In this document: positions 9,710 through 11,352 of the stretch, piece after piece | Numbering within the stretch: position 1 is the stretch's first letter | Layout of the letters: each line of letters begins with the position of its first letter | Virus record (IMG/VR): IMGVR_UViG_2648501338_000011 | Direction: 5' to 3' (one strand) | DNA length: 11,352 bases | Source of the DNA: a virus | Taxonomy: Duplodnaviria > Heunggongvirae > Uroviricota > Caudoviricetes | Made by a program: the position numbers and the translations under genes | Notes under the pieces: model-generated | What the model saw: the letters and a program-made list of their open reading frames with translations, nothing else | What the model was told of the DNA's origin: nothing | Databases searched by the model: none

Positions 9710-9866
9710 AGCATTCAAAGCAGAAGGCTTTGGTGTGTGTGATACGAAACGAAGCATTGGCCGGAAGTGCGAATCCGGATTAGCTGCCAATGTGCCATTG
9801 CGGGGTGTTTTCGTTCAGGACTACGACTCCCACACACAACCAAAGCTAACTGACAGGAGAATCCAG

Positions 9867-10190
9867 ATGGATGCACAAACACGCCGCCGCGAACGTCGCG
9901 CAGAGAAACAGGCTCAATGGAAAGCAGCAAATCCCCTGTTGGTTGGGGTAAGCGCTAAACCAGTTAACCGCCCTATTCTCTCGCTGAATCGCAAACCGAA
10001 ATCACGAGTAGAAAGCGCACTGAATCCGATAGACCTTACGGTGCTGGCTGAATACCACGAACAGATTGAAAGCAACCTGCAACGTATTGAGCGCAAGAAT
10101 CATCGAGTTTGGTATAGCAAGCCAGGTGAGTTCGGTATAACTTGTCAAGGAAGACAAAAGGTTAAAGGGGAATCCATTCCATTGGCATGA
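9867..10190 (+). CDS. N: Antitermination protein N
   Basis: 107 aa, MDAQTRRRERRAEKQAQWKAANPLLVGVSAKPVNRPILSLNRKPKSRVESALNPIDLTVLAEYH...; arginine-rich boxB-binding motif; AGGAGA SD. The track ORF from 9735 is an upstream in-frame extension. Confidence 0.95.
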   Translation: MDAQTRRRERRAEKQAQWKAANPLLVGVSAKPVNRPILSLNRKPKSRVESALNPIDLTVLAEYHEQIESNLQRIERKNHRVWYSKPGEFGITCQGRQKVKGESIPLA

Positions 10191-10198
10191 GGTACGTA

Positions 10199-11068
10199 AT
10201 GAAGAAGATTGATTACAAGTCCATACCAAAACCAATAGACTCAGCATCAGAGCGAAAAAAACACAAAAAAGAGGCTGAAAAATTAGCAAATTATATCAGT
10301 TTTATTAGAAACAATGCTCACGGCGATGGCGACAAGAAGTTGCTTTCAGATGCTCGGACCCAAGCGTTCGGTATACTTCGTAAGCAGATGCAATATCGTC
10401 TTCATCCTGGCTACATAATTGAAATTCGCCCTACTGAAAGACAATTGTTCTTATTAAACTCTGTCTTTGACTTTGTAAACGTAGTTGGAGATCTTATCGA
10501 CAGGTCTGTAGATAAGGATCCTGATACAAATAGTTTTCTTCTAACAAATAAAGAATACTTATATGGTAAATTCGGTATAAACGGATGGCAAAAATATGTA
10601 CGCTTCTTACGTGCATTCGTTGATGCGTATAAAAATTCCGACATGATTTATACATATTTGCCTGGTGGTGATAATTGTACGCTTTCGGCAGACAATAGAA
10701 TATTCATACCTGTACTTGGTCTTGGGCTGATTAATGCAGTAAATGAAAAAGATGTTATAATTGTTAAGCAGTGGCGAAAATATGAGGGATATAGATATCT
10801 GCCATGCTTTGATATATTAAAAATACAGAATAAATTCTATGTAAAAATTAAATATAAAGAAGATATTTTCTTCCTCAGAAAAAACAAAGATCTTTTACAA
10901 GAACTTTCTGGTACAATAGATGTCATCTTAGGTTCTAGGTTTATAAAAGAACTGAAAGAAAGCAGGTCTTTCTCTCGTGTAGAGATAAGCGAGTCAGAGT
11001 TATGGGGTATATCAAATAATCCTGTAAACCACGCTCACCAACGAAACCCAAACAAAAAGTGGTCATAA
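10199..11068 (+). CDS. Hypothetical low-GC cytoplasmic protein (289 aa) immediately downstream of N
   Basis: ATG at 10199 preceded by GAGGT SD (the track start at 10187 overlaps the N stop). Lys/Arg-rich, no TM segments, A+T-rich codon usage contrasting with N. No family recognised. Confidence 0.6.
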   Translation: MKKIDYKSIPKPIDSASERKKHKKEAEKLANYISFIRNNAHGDGDKKLLSDARTQAFGILRKQMQYRLHPGYIIEIRPTERQLFLLNSVFDFVNVVGDLIDRSVDKDPDTNSFLLTNKEYLYGKFGINGWQKYVRFLRAFVDAYKNSDMIYTYLPGGDNCTLSADNRIFIPVLGLGLINAVNEKDVIIVKQWRKYEGYRYLPCFDILKIQNKFYVKIKYKEDIFFLRKNKDLLQELSGTIDVILGSRFIKELKESRSFSRVEISESELWGISNNPVNHAHQRNPNKKWS

Positions 11069-11118
11069 CCCGCTCAGGCGGATTTCATTTTCACGCAAAC
11101 AACAGAATAAACACAGCG

Positions 11119-11150
11119 CTGTGTATTCATTCCAACGAGTGAATACACGG
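11119..11150. repeat. Inverted repeat / stem-loop (about 12-14 bp stem, CAAC tetraloop) in the region downstream of the 289-aa ORF
   Basis: GTGTATTCA (11121..11129) is the exact reverse complement of TGAATACAC (11140..11148); the stem extends inward by 3 bp. No adjacent U-tract. Confidence 0.6.
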
Positions 11151-11210
11151 AGCAATGTCGCTCGTAACTAAACAGGAGCCGACTTGTTCTGATTATTGGA
11201 AATCTTCTTT

Positions 11211-11236
11211 GCCCTCCAAGATGAGGGCGATTTTTT
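11211..11236 (+). terminator. Rho-independent terminator (GCCCTC/GAGGGC stem, 6-nt loop, T6 tract)
   Basis: Stem 11211..11216 and 11223..11228 followed by GATTTTTTAT. Confidence 0.65.
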
Positions 11237-11256
11237 ATCTGTGAGGATATGAACAG

Positions 11257-11352
11257 ATGTCAAACATCAAAAAATACATCATTGATTACGACTGGAAAGC
11301 ATCAATAGAAATTGAAATCGACCATGACGTAATGACAGAGGAAAAACTTCAC
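11257..11352 (+). CDS. Hypothetical protein, N-terminal 32 codons only (runs off the window end)
   Basis: ATG at 11257 preceded by GAGGA SD; MSNIKKYIIDYDWKASIEIEIDHDVMTEEKLH; open to the window edge. Confidence 0.4.
   Translation, partial: MSNIKKYIIDYDWKASIEIEIDHDVMTEEKLH

Noticed and set aside
9715-10644. ORFs 9715..9930 (-), 9914..10096 (-), 10002..10289 (-), 10411..10644 (-) and the upstream extension of N from 9735
   Set aside because: Antisense or alternative frames over nutL/N and the 289-aa ORF; the N extension would place the start inside nutL and lacks an SD, whereas 9867 reproduces the 107-aa N.

Overview
This window is the interior of a mosaic lambdoid prophage (E. coli-like Enterobacteriaceae), shown in reverse orientation relative to the conventional lambda map. 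Plus strand: cI (phage 434-type) -> small secreted ORF in the rex slot -> OL/PL -> nutL -> N -> low-GC 289-aa ORF -> stem-loop + terminator -> start of another ORF. Minus strand: PR -> cro'-'O in-frame fusion -> P -> ren -> tR2-like terminator -> ninB -> Dam-like N6-adenine methyltransferase -> ninE -> ninF -> ninG -> lambda-type Ser/Thr phosphatase -> (lpxR moron on the opposite strand, in very AT-rich DNA) -> Q-like antiterminator -> terminator -> low-GC multi-TM membrane ORF -> hairpin/T8 terminator -> NanS-p-like sialate O-acetylesterase running off the window. Most notable: (1) the 434-type cro is truncated after codon 30 and fused in frame to the C-terminal part of O, which implies loss of the Cro recognition helix, cII, nutR/tR1 and the ori iterons, so the element looks like a replication- and lytic-switch-defective prophage that still has intact cI/operators/N/nutL; (2) three low-GC cargo genes of unknown function sit at classical moron/defence slots (after cI, after N, between Q and the late genes); (3) a lipid A 3'-O-deacylase (LpxR) moron whose catalytic residues align exactly. 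All protein identifications rest on recognition of the translated sequence and gene order from memory; no database search was run.
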